Source of the DNA: Felis catus
Lineage: Eukaryota
Reading direction: 5' to 3'
Length of the DNA: 64,000 nt
NCBI RefSeq assembly: GCF_018350175.1
Contig: NC_058368.1
Span: 67,644,001-67,708,000 of the forward strand
Shown: positions 26,150-39,673 of the stretch, piece by piece
How positions within the stretch are numbered: position 1 is the stretch's first letter
Layout: every line of letters starts with the position of its first letter
Translations under genes and position numbers: made by a program
The notes under the pieces: generated by a model
What the model was told of the DNA's origin: nothing
Databases searched by the model: none
The model's input: only the letters and a program-made list of their open reading frames with translations

Positions 26150-29100
26150 GTTTTCCCTGCTTTCTTTCACAAAAGATAGATCCGCTCGCTGATTACACTA
26201 TCAAACTTTCTAATTTTTAAAATCTGGTGTCTCAGTTTAACTTGGGACCTGTATTTCTATTAGGAGTGAAGACAGATCATCTTTCTACATATTTAATGAC
26301 CACTATTATTTCTTTCTTATGCATAAACCTCTTGTTTACACGTTTTGTGGGAACTGTACTCTTTGGTGTGTGGGGAGGATATGTCACAGCAGTGACGTAC
26401 ATCATGATTGTTCTCCAGTGCTCAGTCCACACTCAGGAACACTGCAAGGGATCCTGGGATTCCCGGCCTCTAGTCCCCACCACTCTCGTCTCCGTTTTTT
26501 TAGGTACCACTCACATGCCCCACACGGTAGCAGGTAACATGCACTACTGGTCCAAACCCATTTAGCCAAGATTAATGACAGGAAAGCCATTACCATTCTT
26601 GTCCTTCTCCCAGCAATCCATGATGGCATGAAAAGTCTGTGCTGGTGTCCCCACGGGGCAGGTCCCTACTGTTCTTTTAAATTTTCCACAGTATCCCTGG
26701 CTATTATTCCTTGCCTATCTTTTCCACACGAAGTCTTAGATTTGTCAAGTTTCAGAAAAAAAAAAGTCACCTTTGGTATTTTTATAGGTTCTGATTACAA
26801 CTATAAATTAACTTAGAATTGACTTCGTTGCCAAGATGCTGTTTATGTTACTATTATAAATGGAGTCTTTCTCTCTTCTGACATCTTCCAACAAGTTGTT
26901 TGAACTAGTTGTTTGCAATATTTGGAACCCACTGATTTCTCTATATATTAGTCGTGTAACCTATTATCTTTTGTTGGGGACAAAAGCACGTCCCTCTCCA
27001 AATTCAAATAACTGAAGCCCTCACCCCCGATGTGACTGTATTTAGTGACAGGACCTACAGAGATGTAATTACAGTGAAATGAGGTCATGGGGGTGGTGCA
27101 CTTCATATGCACAGAAAGGCCATGTGAAGACACACCAAGGAGGTGGCTGTCTGTCTACCAACCAGGAAGACAGCCCTCACCAGAAACAGAATCTGCCAAA
27201 ACCACGATCTAGGACTTGTAGGCTCCCAAAGTGTGAGAAAATAACTTGTCGAAGCCACCCAGTCCATGGGAGCCTGAGAAGACTAGAACACCTTTCTGTC
27301 TCCAGTTTTTGGCTTTTTCACAGATTCTCTTACGCTGCATTTCCCCCCAATTTTTATACTTCTAACATGTTTCTCTTAACTAATCATGTTGGCTAACAGC
27401 TAATACAATGATAAATTACAATGACAATAATGAGCTTCATTGTCTTGTTCCCGATTTTGGTAAATATACAGCTGTTTATGTTGCTATTATAAATGGAGTC
27501 TTTTTCTTTACTCTCTGACATCTTTTCCAATAGTAAGATGGTTTTTAAGCTGGGATACACACAAATATACATGTGCACACTTTAAAAAAAGGTCTCATTG
27601 ATTTCTTTATGAAGTTTTTAAAAATGTTTTTACAGTCAGGAATAGATCTTGAATTGTGTAAAATGCTTCTCAGCATCTATGGAGAAAATCGTGCCACTTT
27701 ACAACAAATATCCAATGATATTATTATACGAATAGACTTCCTAATATTGAACCATCCTTGCATTCAAGTAAACTTGATTATGGCATATTATCCTTTTATT
27801 AGTTTCACTATTTTTGTCTTTTAGTGCATTAATTTTTACCCTGTATTATTTTCTTCTGCTTTCTTTTGATTTTCTTTATTGCTTTTCCTAACCTTTTAGG
27901 TCCTAAATTTAATTCCTTTATTTTTAATCTTTTATTTTTACTGATGTAAGATTTTAAGGCTTTTCTCTGAACTTTGTTTTGTGCCCCAAAGATTCTAATA
28001 GCTTGTCTTTTTAAAATTTATCAAGAATACTGCAATTTTGATGTGTATTTTATTTTCCCTTCTACTTAAGTGTGAACAGAGTTTTAATCTCCCAGAGAAG
28101 AAGCCATGTTCTCCTGATTTTTTTTTTTTTAATCAACTTCCAGTTTGAGTGCACAGGGAGGAAAGAATGTTTTTTTCTATTATATCTGCTTTCTAGTTTT
28201 TTTTGGGGGGGGGTCATTACTCCATAACAATTTGAGAAAAGACTTTTCTCTGTTATCAGGATATAAAATTTATTATATATCTGTAACACCTATCACATTG
28301 ATAATGTTTGGTTGTATCTTTGATTTTTGACTACATCAGTCTTAGGTAAATTCTGTTTTTCCTTCCATCTCCAGTAGTTTGTTTTATGAATATTCCTACA
28401 GTGCTTTGATGGATAGATATTAATAATTGTTACACTTTCATCAGTCTCATACAGGGCCATTTTTTGCTCATTAATACTATCAGGCCTGAACCTAGCTTTA
28501 TGGTATTAAGATCACTACCCCTGTAACACAGTATTTGCTTGGTCTACCACTGCCCCATCTTTAACATTTCTGAATTAGTTTAAGAGTTATTTCACATTTA
28601 TTAGCCTAATGATTCAAACTGACACCTCTTGGTAATGTCAAGTTTATTTACATTGGTTGATACGACAGAGAGTAGCTGCAACTGTCATTCTTCCATGTTG
28701 CATTCACTCTTTCTGGGTGTGTTTCTAAAATTCATTCATGAATGGATTGTGTGTGTGTGGGGGGGTGCATGTACATTTCTTTCTTTTAGATTCCTTTCCA
28801 AGGGAAGATTTAGATCTCTGTTCCACAAGCTACTCTTACACATGTATCTTCATGTAATACCCTCAGCTCTTTAAAAGGTATCTAATGATGCTATTATAAA
28901 AAATAGTTTTTAACCTCTTCCTGCTCTTGCACAGCCCACTTTTACTCAATAGCTTTCTACTCATTAGTGGCTAACTGTGCACTTTTAAGTATGTTTAGGC
29001 TCCACTGTGTGATTTTTCAGCTTTAATCCTCTCCCATGATTCCCGAGTATCTCCGTTTAAGGCAGTCAGCAAATTTATTCTATTTACTACCTCCCTACTT

Positions 29101-30400
29101 GTATTAGTTGCAATATTTTACTGTGTCAGAGTGGGCGCTATTTATATACTGCAGCATCGCCCTTTCCCTCACCTGCGTCTCTGTTTTAGTTGGACAATAA
29201 ACTCATTCAATGCCCAACTAGGCAGTTTTTCTGCCAAAGCATCTTCTATGAGTTCTTAATCAGAAGAAATTCCTCAGGGAGCATGCTTTCCCTGAATTCT
29301 TGTTGTTCAACATTTTTTGTAGTCTATATATGCATATCTATCTGAGAGCTAGTTTGAAGGACAGTTTTTCTTTCTCTGAGAATCCCATAGGCAGAACTTC
29401 ACGGTCTTCTGGGGTCGAATACTGTTTTTGAAAATCTGATGCCAATCTGGTTTTCTTTCTTTATAATCCTTATTGCTAAATGCACAAAGAATTCCTTTTT
29501 TCCTACAGCCTTTCTTTATTTTGATGATTCTTGGTCAATTTTCCTAGTTATATGGTGTATCCTTTAAATAATGTGGATTCAAGTCTTTTATTTCAGAACA
29601 TGGTTTAATTACAGTTTTAAACATTTGCTCTGTCCCTTTGTTTGGTTTTCTATTTCAGAAACTCTACTATAGGAATGCTGGATTTCCTTTACCTGCCTTT
29701 TAATTATCATCTGTCTTGAATCTTTTCTGCTTTCTTTGCATTTCTTAATTCTATCCACTATGTCTTCTATGGGGTTTTCTAGAAATTCAATTCTCCCTTG
29801 TGCCTGCCATTTGTAGTTTTAGCTTTTACTTCTGAAATGGTTGCTTTCTCTATCTTTGCAAAGCCCTCCCAGCTCTGGTTTCCCATTCTCTGGTCCTATT
29901 CTTGGCCCATCTTCACTGTGAGTCACTGTAATTCTGTACATGTTGTTGCTTCTCGACTTCAGTAGCTTTTCAAGCACACATCTGAATGTCGTGTTGCAAT
30001 CTTCCTCTGCTTAGTGAGGTTTCTTCATTTACAGTGTAATTCTGCTCCTCCTTTCCCCCTTTACAGGGAGATCTTTACATGGATGTAGTAGTTCTAGCTT
30101 TCTGATAAGCATATATGAATCACTTAGATTTTCTCGCACTAGACATTAGCAGAGGAGATGGTTTGGGAGTGAAAGAGGCAAAATTAGCCTTCCAGGTTTC
30201 CTGCTTTGAAGTTTCCTTATTGTCATCAACAGTTTCAGCTGGGTCACCCAATGTAGACAGTCTTCCTCAGATTCTCAAATATTAGCCCAGCTGAGAGGCT
30301 CTAATCACCAGGCACTTTTTCTCTTCACTTTGCCACTAAAGGATGATGACCTGGTCTCTTAGATGAACCACCCCACCCCCACCCCCCAGCTAGATTTTCT
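26150..30400 (-). mobile_element. Fragmented ancient L1M (minus strand), interrupted by MLT1A
   Basis: T-rich antisense L1-like tracts (aaatgcttctcagcatctat, attgaaccatccttgcattc, aaatctgatgccaatctg); boundaries are approximate. Confidence 0.55.
26972..27290 (+). mobile_element. MLT1A-like MaLR LTR
   Basis: ccaaattca...gaagccctcacccccgatgtgactgtattt...gaggtcat...gaagccacccagtc...gactagaaca. Confidence 0.75.
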
Positions 30401-30456
30401 GAAATCTGCCACTTCCGTGCACTTCACATGACTCCTCTTTCCCCCTCCTGCAGCTG

Positions 30457-30497
<41 letters not shown>

Positions 30498-30498
<1 letters not shown>

Positions 30499-30697
30499 AA
30501 TTTTTATGAGAAATAGAGATCATGCAAGCATGAGCAGGGGCAGGGGCAGGGGAAGGGCAGAGGGGGAGAGAGAGAGAGAATCTTAAGCAGACTCCACACA
30601 GAGCCCGATGTGGGGCTCAATCCCAAGACTCTGGGATCATGACCTGAGCCAAAATCAGGAGTCAGACGCTCAACACACTGAGCCACCCAGGCGCCCC
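30498..30697 (-). mobile_element. Can-SINE, next to a (TG)n microsatellite at 30458-30496
   Basis: Antisense body ending agccacccaggcgcccc. Confidence 0.9.
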
Positions 30698-31744
30698 TCT
30701 CCTATTTCTTTTTAATCCTGCCCACCCCAGTGTTCCTACTCAGAGTGGAGCCCTCTCCTTTGAGAGTGAGTACTTGCTGATGATTGCTGGGATTGTCATG
30801 CTGGGACTCCTGCCATGTTCCATTCTTCCCCTCCATGCAACTGTAGCTTTATACTTAAGTTCTACTGGTGCTGGCATTTTCCACCACACACAAAATTGAG
30901 AGTTTGTAGGTTTTTGCCTTCTGATAGTTTTGCTGAAAACGTGGTTTCATTCTTTTTGTCGCTATATATGAATTCTACTCATTTTCTTTGTTGCTCTGTA
31001 TGATTTTTAGGAGAATAAATGGGACTACTTTAAATTTGGCTGCAGCCATATTTCTATTGGAACCAGTCACTATGTTCTTAGTAAAATGTCAACTTAGGCC
31101 AGCTTCAATTAAAAATATGATATAACTAAATAAAATTAACCATAGCCAGACTTCCTAGCTAAGTTGGTAATAAAATGCTGAACTATGCAAAAAATAAAGA
31201 TATTAAAATTGAAAAGATCCAAATAATCCCAAAAAAATGAGAAGATAAAGCAAATACTAGGATTGACACATAATGTTAATTCTGGATAATGTAAATGAAA
31301 GAATGACCTTTTTTAAATGTAATATTAGAATAACTCCTTCTGTAAGAATTCTAACCTTAAACTTGTCATTTTGACTACATTCCCATGATTTCTGCCATCT
31401 TATAGTTGTATATATTTACAAAATATGCTTACAGATTATTCTAATCTGAACTGTGTAATTACATTTTACAGAAGAGGTTTAAAGAGAACTTCTCAAAGCT
31501 AGTACCAGGAACTAAACCCACAACTTCTGCCTTTCTCTCCTATTTCCCTAGCTACTTTATTCCTTCACCTTTTCCAATAGCCCTAAAATCACCCTTTTAT
31601 AGAGCAACAGACATTATTCTGCATTTCTTTGAAATATAGAAACAGTGTTTAACAGTTTCAGGAGCATAAAATACAATTTAGCAAACGGAAAAGTAACGTA
31701 TAAAGCTTAATTATATTTGATATTACAGTATCCAAGTTCTTAAT

Positions 31745-32385
31745 ATAAAGAATCCCCGAATCTCAGTGGCTTCCCAGAGGAAACACTGATTTCTTGTTCA
31801 TATCACATATTCACACCTTCAATTATCTTTGGCTCACCCCAGGGCCTTTTGCATTTCAGGTGCCAGACCAGGAGAGCAGCCTCTATGTGGGAGAGGCCGG
31901 GCGAGGGAGGGCGAGGGAGGGCGAGGGAGGGCGAGGGAGGGCGAGGGAGGGCGAGGGAGGGCGAGGGAGGGCGAGGGAGGGCGAGGGAGGGCGAGGGAGG
32001 GCGAGGGAGGGCGAGGGAGGGCGAGGGAGGGCGAGGGAGGGCGAGGGAGGGCGAGGGAGGGCGAGGGAGGGCGAGGGAGGGCGAGGGAGGGCGAGGGAGG
32101 GCGAGGGAGGGCGAGGGAGGGCGAGGGAGGGCGAGGGAGGGCGAGGGAGGGCGAGGGAGGGCGAGGGAGGGCGAGGGAGGGCGAGGGAGGGCGAGGGCAG
32201 AAGCCAAAAGGCAACGAAACCACAAAGCTGCTGCTTGCACATGACATGTGTATTTGCTCATTTCATATTAGTTAAAGCAAGTCACAAGTGACATGGTATC
32301 AGTCAACATCGTAGGGGCAGAGGAGCAGACTCCTCTGACAGAGGGAAGAGAGTGACTATTTGTGAATAATAACATAATCCATCTC
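31745..32385. mobile_element. Ancient MLT1 (MaLR) LTR hosting the decamer array
   Basis: Flanks aatccccgaatctcagtggctt...tttcttgttca and ctcatttcatattagttaaagcaagtcaca...tttgtgaataataacataatc are MLT1-like. Confidence 0.6.
31899..32197 (+). repeat. Perfect decamer tandem array (GGGCGAGGGA)x~30
   Basis: 29 consecutive identical gcgagggagg blocks (31901-32190) plus partial units, with no interruptions. Confidence 0.99.
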
Positions 32386-32546
32386 AATACTTCATGTTTT
32401 CCCTCTGCAAATATACCAACCAATGATCTTAAATTTTTAAATTGTCCTTCCCTATGACTTTCTATTTACTAGTAATATGAAACCTTTGGTCATAAAGTAC
32501 TATCGTGAAAGTAACATGGTCTCTCCCCACTTTTCTACCCAGCTAC

Positions 32547-33061
32547 TGTCTACTTCTGGAGTCCTCTCTTGCCCTCCCAGAGAGAAATGCAGGGACCACT
32601 TATGTATTACAGCTCAACTACTGGGACTGAGAACAGAGATCACCTGAACTGACATTACTGAACTATTACAGGAAATTCTTATCCAGGAAGATAAAGCTAT
32701 AAATGAATAAATAACCATTTGCTTCAGGAAATTCTTACAAACAAATAGTTCCAGGCAAACTTGGACTAGAACTACAAAATGGTCTGGTTTGCCCATCTGA
32801 ACAGTTACCTCATCTGGGCAAAGAGCTTGCTTGTAACAGTTCACTCATCAAAACCATTACTATTGTGTTGACCAATACTCAACTACTGTTAAACCACTTG
32901 AACAGAAGCCCTACAACCCATAAGTAATCTACCATAATATCCTTCTTTTGAGACACTAAGAAGATTCTACCAAATGTTGTTCCCCTTACTGTGGTAAGTT
33001 GATTAAACTCAGCTTTGCTTGATCGACAGGTTTCCCTGTTGATTTCTGTAGAGGAATGACA
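32547..33061 (+). mobile_element. Old ERV1-type LTR (MER89/MER110-like)
   Basis: 3' end ...cccttactgtggtaagttgattaaactcagctttgcttgatcgacagg...gaatgaca is typical of this group; the start is uncertain. Confidence 0.45.
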
Positions 33062-34149
33062 GTTTACACTAGACTCCTCATATCTACCTGGTTTTATTAA
33101 ATGCAATTTTCTAAATTTTGTATGATGTTCTTCTGGAAATAGCAGTCATTCAAGAATTTTTAGAAGAAAAGAAACTACACCAAAATTTCTCAATCTCCTC
33201 AAATACCTTGTTTTCTAATCACCTGGCAAGATGTTTGGCACCTGAACAAATTCAAAGTGCTTATGAAATTGATCTGAAATGAACTGTCTATCAGAGCACA
33301 AATTCTGGTTCTTTTACCAACTCTGTGACCCAACAGAAATCACTGGATCCCATTTTATACACTGGGATATTAATGACTCCTATACTCTCTCTCTCTCGAA
33401 CACTTAAAAAAACTACCTAATGCTAAACATTCAATGTATTACAGATAACATGTAAACATTCAACAGTTTTCAATTCAACCGGTATTTCTGAGGGAATGGG
33501 CTGTATCAGGTACCATACTCATTCAAGCCTCTAGATTCAGAGTTTCCTGATCTACTCATTTCTATCAACTTCCACTTCCACTCTGCTGCAGCAACTAGCT
33601 TTAGCAGTCACCCTGTGATCATGAGGTCATACGGGTCTACCTGAGAAAATTTGGGTCTTCAGTTCCAGTTACTTCTCTTTCATTCTCACAGTATTTCTTC
33701 TGTAACCTCATGAAGTCCTCCAGCATTTGGACCCCAAATCACAACTTGATGTTCTGATGACATGAACACCCTCTCTGGACTATTAAATGGGCAAAAAAAT
33801 ATACTGGACTGGGTGAAGCCACTGAAACTTCGGCATCCTTTATTTCTCCTCCCTTTTCTACCCTCTCTTCTTTTCCTGCTGCAGGTGGCACTATTCAAAC
33901 AAAATTCACTATTAGTACAGGAGCTTTTGTAAGAAAATCACTCTGTTCAAAGAATGGTAAGAGCAATTAGGAAAACTGGAGAAAGGAGTAATACCACAAC
34001 CATTTGGGGAGGATAAACAATAATTTCTCAGGTGGTAAGCTAGGCAAAGAATATCATACATAGGGATGATGTGTGATGGTTCCCAACACTCGTGCTCCAA
34101 ATGTGAACTATGCATCTACTCCTTCATTATTATTGCTGTAGTTGCTGGC

Positions 34150-34570
34150 CGCCATCACAAGAGCTGGTACCTACTGAGAGTTCATTCTGCTTCTGTGTGA
34201 CAGGCACGGTTGCCTGGCTAAGTTAACCCACTTTGCTACCTCCATTACTAGAAAAGTGAACACTACTTTTCTAGCCTCCCTTGCAGCTAGAGATAGCCAT
34301 AGGACAAAATTCTGGCCAGTGAGTTGGAAGTCAGACAGGTGATGCGTTCCAGGAAGGCGTTGCGGAGGATTAATGTGGTATTTAATACCATCTTCCTGCC
34401 TCTTTCTGCTTTAAATACAAATAAGAAGTCTAAAGCTGTGGCCATAGAAGGAGTAAACCATGTCTGTAACTGCTCACTCTGAGACTTCTTTTATGTCAGA
34501 AAAACAAACTCCTACTGTTCAGCGCCCCGTGCGTCTTGTATTTCTTTAAGCCAAGGCAGTCCTATGTAAT
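34150..34570 (+). mobile_element. Old MLT1 (MaLR) LTR relic
   Basis: ctagcctcccttgcagctag...ttctggccagtgag...gacttctt...agaaaaacaaactcct motifs. Confidence 0.55.
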
Positions 34571-35081
34571 GAAGCCAGGCAGTGTTCGAAGCACTTCACA
34601 AATAGCACACAACTAGGATCATTTGGGTTCTTACTGTGACTTAAGAGACCACTTGGCAGAATCTTACCAAATTACTGATCAATTGTGCCCTTTATGTCAC
34701 AGGATTCTAATGATGTTCCAGCAGTCCAAACCTGACTCAGGCCTTACAAGCTTTTAAAGAAAAACTGATCATGAGAAACAGAGTAATTAACTCACAGCTT
34801 TATTCTTTGTCCTGTAAAGACAACCATACTACGTGGGCAGAAGGTCCGAAGCATAGGGTGAATGAAGAAGTAGGTAAGATGTATGTCAGAGGAGACTTGC
34901 TGTTATCACAGACTGTGAGCTATATAAAGTAGACAATCTAAAAGTGGAAAATCTGAACTGTTTTAATAATCAAAAAGCACAAATTAACATTTTCTTTTCT
35001 GTATGGAAACTGAAGATCCAAAGTCTAAAATCGTTGGTATTAGTGTAGTCAATTTTTTTAAAAAAAAGAATTCAAACAAAC

Positions 35082-35142
35082 CTTTTGGTTTCCCTGTATT
35101 TCCTCCCTCATAAGAGGATTTACAGCAACTCTGGTCAGAGAT
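35082..35142 (-). CDS. UGGT2: UGGT2 coding exon (~exon 10, 61 nt): (R)SLTRVAVNPLMREEIQGNQK
   Basis: Acceptor ttttttttccag, donor AAG|gtttgt; in phase with both neighbours. Confidence 0.93.
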
Positions 35143-35375
35143 CTGGAAAAAAAAATACTGATATAATTCATTTTTACTTAAATGTTTAGGACAATCTATA
35201 ATTCAGTATAATATAATACTCTGGATAAGAACCTAAAAACTCAGAATGCTTCACGACCAAAAGTGCACATTTCCATGTAGCTATTGGACAACTGGCACCA
35301 CGGCTCTCCTTTGACAAGGGTGTCTGACTGTGTCTGATTCAGGTGGATTCAAGACTGACAGGAGCTCGTGCACAC

Positions 35376-35476
35376 CTGGGTGATGGACCGAGTTGCTGAG
35401 TCACTATATTGTACACCTGAAACTAACACGACACTGTATGTTAACTACACTGGAATTAAATAATTAAAAAAAAAAA
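35376..35476 (+). mobile_element. Very short, 5'-truncated L1 3' end
   Basis: tcactatattgtacacctgaaactaac...actgtatgttaacta...A tail; TSD-like gagctcgtgcacac / gagttcatgggcac. Confidence 0.75.
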
Positions 35477-37363
35477 GAGTTCATGGGCACAACCGTACGC
35501 ATTAGGTACAGTCGGAACTTGTTTACTACTAGATACTTTTCAGATATACTTGACTGAAAATGCTATTTTGTGCTGTTTGGCCCATTCAGAGAAACTTTGT
35601 ATAAAATGACCAATATGACACATGTGTCAATGCAAACAAATTTCAAAATACTTGCACATAAAAAAGAGTTTTGGTAAACCTGGGATCTTTACCAGAGTAT
35701 GTAAGCTCTAAATGACTAACAATACTGACTTCCTCCATATCCACTCTTCAAGAACTTAGAACTCCCTCATAACTTAGATTTTTTTAAAGAAGTTTATTAA
35801 CTACATTTATTTGACTTGATAACTCCTAGGAAAATTAATTACATATTTGTCAGTTTTATGCAAACAAAACAATTTAAAAATTAAAAGACCGTTAATGCAG
35901 AGTTCTGCTTTAAAATAAAACTCCCACAAAAAGTGTAGGTTATCTCCTAAAATTTGGCAGCATTTAAGAGGAATTACAATGTATAATTTGGTATCACAAG
36001 TTTTTCATCCATTTAGCAGATATTTTAACAAACATTTAGTAATGGTCTATCAAGTGGCTTTACAGATATGCTCAAGCCTGTTAAGTTAGCCATTCAGCAG
36101 TGTTACCATAGTTTGCATTCTTTTTAAAAGATCAACCACAAATTAAGAGCAGAGTTTAGCCCACAACCTTGAGTTGCAACTGACTTACAGTCAAAAGAGT
36201 GAATAATCTTCTTAACACTGAAGTTATTTTACTTTATTTGTATTTGATCTAGTAATTTCAAAAACAGCAATGTAACTAAACATTTATACACATATGCACA
36301 TTTCAAGTTTTAAGTATGCAAGTACTGACTTCTCAAATTCTTGGCTCTTTAAAATTAACAGAAGAGTCATCAATATATTGATGCTTAATCTGTAACTGAG
36401 TTGGTGCATCTCTCTATTTTCAGGGTCCCCTAGAAAGGTTGTTATCTTTTGGCCAACTATGTGCTAGTTATTTACCCACAAAGGAACGAATATCTAGATT
36501 TAAGATTCAATACTTTGCACTGTGGATAAATGTATAGCAAAACGCATGAGGCAAAGAGAGGTCTGGTGATCACCCACGGGCTAAGAGAGGGTGCTGCTCG
36601 TGCAGGGGTGCTCTCCCCTCTCCTCAGGAAAACGCTGCTATGCTAGCCACACACTCCACGTCTTCAAGAGAAGCTAACTTATTTTCTGTTTTACTGGTTG
36701 CTTATAATTTCACATCCTGTCATTCCTAACCAGACTACAAATGAATAAGCGTTTTGTTATTTTGTGAAAGTACTGATTACTTTTAGACATGCAAATGTAT
36801 TATCTATTAAACTGCAAGATGTGTTTAGTGTAAAATCAGTATTTCTGGAAGCAGTTCGTTTAGGTATCCTACTGGCAAAAAGTATTCCACAAAATATTCC
36901 ATAAAGAAGACTTGTTTAGAATCTGAAAGGGCAAGAACATGATCTGGCCATATTCTGGGCATAAATCTATTTAGAATAATACTTTTCATCACCCTCCACC
37001 CAGAAAAGAGAAAAATATTCTCTCATTATTCATTGCTTGAACAAGTTTTATCCTGGATTACCGTATCACTATTTTTGTTTAAACAACTTTAATAGATTAC
37101 TTTTCCTTTCCATTTGCCTCTAATTCAAGAGTTCTATTTTTCAGGATGTGTACGCATGTGTGCACATGCCAGTATTTTCCTCTGGTAAAAACAAAAACCA
37201 AAAAACAACCCAACACGCATAATAAAGAAATGCCCTATTTTCATTAAAACTGTATCTGTTAGAATTAGTTGATATCACAATGTTAAATGAAATCAGCTAT
37301 TTTTATAAAGTTTATTTAATGGAAAGAGTTCTGGCTATAATCAACCCATGAACTTTAACATAC

Positions 37364-37463
37364 CTGGCTTTTATGGGGAAGTTCTGTGAAATGTCTTTCA
37401 TTAATTTTATGGCATCATAAACTGGCGTAGACATTATTTGAGAAGCCGCCTGAAAACTAAGAT
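37364..37463 (-). CDS. UGGT2: UGGT2 coding exon (~exon 9, 100 nt): (D)LSFQAASQIMSTPVYDAIKLMKDISQNFPIKA(R)
   Basis: Acceptor ttttttttccag, donor gtatgt; DISQNFP motif. Confidence 0.96.
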
Positions 37464-38526
37464 CTGGAAAAAAAAAATCTAGCATCATGTCAGATCTTCA
37501 CAGACATTTCCAGGTAATTTAAATAATTTACTCAACATTTCTTGCCACATATTTATTATATAGACATGTTAACACTTACATGTAGCATTTTTCAAAAGTT
37601 TTAAACAGAAGGCTATCACCAATGTCCAAATAAGGTAAGCTTTACACATTTTTGAAGGGCTAATCATTTAATACCTATTGTTTTCCACAAATTACAGTAT
37701 AACTTCAAAAAGAGATATATGAAAAGAAACGTTAATGCCACGCTATTTTTTCTATACTTAAGGTTTAACAAAACATGCAACAAAAAGCTTTGATAAGGAT
37801 AACAAGAGGAAGGAAAAAAGAGCTTTGGGGAACTAATTCTGGAAAGAACTTTAAGAAAGATCCGATGTGTTTATTAACTCAGTACATATCAAAAATTCAC
37901 TTTTTTCTTTCAATGTATTACCCTTATATGACAATAAAAATCAAATCCTAAACTTAGTATTTTACCGGATACGAAAGTTCTACGAAAAGAAAACTGTGTG
38001 GCTTACGTAGTCAGTCTCCAATATGTCGGAAGCAGTCATCTTAATCTCGTCCCTTTGTTCAAGAGTCAGAAAAGATTTTAAAGCTTGATTCTGTTTGTTA
38101 CTGAATAGTGAAACATACTGTTTCTCTTTAACGTTTCACCACAGGTAGAATCCTAGTTTACCATACACTAGTAAAATAACCAGCTTAACATAGTAAGACT
38201 AGTTTCATTTCCGCATTCTCAGTACGGTGCATCAAGTTGGAATCAAAGCTTAGGAAAAGGTGTTCTTAGCACAGCTTACTGTGGGACAGACAGCCTAACA
38301 ACCAAGGTTCAAATTCTAGCTCTGTATTCACTTTCTAGCTGAGTAACTTTAAATCACATTTCCTCAACCTACTTTAGCATGTTTCCAGCCCCAGCACTGC
38401 AGTAAAGCCATCGGTACTCATGAGTATCTCCTAATTACCAAACACAATGGATATGTGTCAGTCCTTATCTTACGAAGATCCTTTTGCAAGAGGGTTATTA
38501 CATCCTACAAAGAAAAAGTACTGACT

Positions 38527-39466
38527 TTCTATTCAGTAAATGGTGCTGGGAAAACTAGACATTCATGTGCAAAAGAATGAAAATGGACCCCTATCTTACA
38601 CAATACACAAAAATTAACACAAAATGGATTAAGGACTTAAATTTAAGACCTAAATCCATAAAATCCTGAAAGAAAATATAGGGATAAGCTCCCTGACATC
38701 AGTCTTAGTGATGATTTTTTGGATATGACACCAAAACCAAAGGCAGCGAAGCAAAAATAAACAAGCGGGACTATATCCTACTCAAAAGCTTCTGCAACAG
38801 CAAGGAAATCATCAACAAAGTGAAAAAGCAAGCTACAGAATGGGAGAAAACATCTGAAAATCATATATCTGATAAGGCACCAATAACCAAAATACAGAAG
38901 AAACTCATGTAAACTGGTGTAGCCACTATGGAAAACATGGCAATTCCTCCAAAAATTAAAACTAGAACCACCATATGGTCCAGCTTCTGGGTATGTATCC
39001 AAAGGAAATGAAATCAGTCTCTCAAAGAGATACCTGGACTCCCATGTTCACTGCAGCATTATCCACAACAGCCAAGGTGGAAATAATCTAACTATCCATT
39101 GATGGATGAGAAAATGTGGTGTACATATACAATGGAATATTATTCAGCATTATAAAGAGAGGAAATTCTGCCATTTGTAACAACATCAATGAACCTGGAT
39201 GACATTATGCTAAGTGAAAACAAAGATAAATATTGCACAGTATCAGGTACATGTTTAAAAAAAAAAAGTTAAACTCATACAAACAAATTAGAATAGTTGC
39301 CTGGGGGCTGGATAGAGGAAAAAAGGCGAGGTTGGTAAAAGGGTATAAAATGAAGAGGGTCTGAAGATCTAATGTATACCACGGTGACTAGAGTTGATAT
39401 CACTGTATTACATAACTGAAATTTGTTCAAAGAGTAGAAATTAAATGTTCTCACCAAAAAAGAAAA
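38527..39466 (+). mobile_element. L1 3' fragment (late ORF2 and 3'UTR, internally deleted)
   Basis: aaatggtgctgggaaaactagac...gcttctgcaacagcaaggaa...cccatgttcactgcagcattat...gatctaatgtata...aaatgttctcacca. Confidence 0.85.
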
Positions 39467-39673
39467 AGACCTGATACACAAGTAGGTGCTCACTAAATAC
39501 TGATGAAAGAATAAATGAATAGTCAAATTACAAGTAAGATTCTTTATGTTCTGTTTCTTATTATTCTATTGCTATTAAAGGCATTTATAAACAACACAAT
39601 TTTTAACTCATGGGTATATATTTAGGAATATATGCACTTTTAGGCAAGAAAACATAATTGTTATTTACATGAC

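Noticed and set aside
31899..32197. Repeat array considered as a CRISPR-like structure
   Set aside because: No spacers, and the context is a eukaryotic intron.
31794..32291. Six overlapping 119-165 aa ORFs (GRGRAREGEG and PSPSLALPRP repeats)
   Set aside because: Artefact of a stop-free 10-bp tandem repeat; no splice or coding context.
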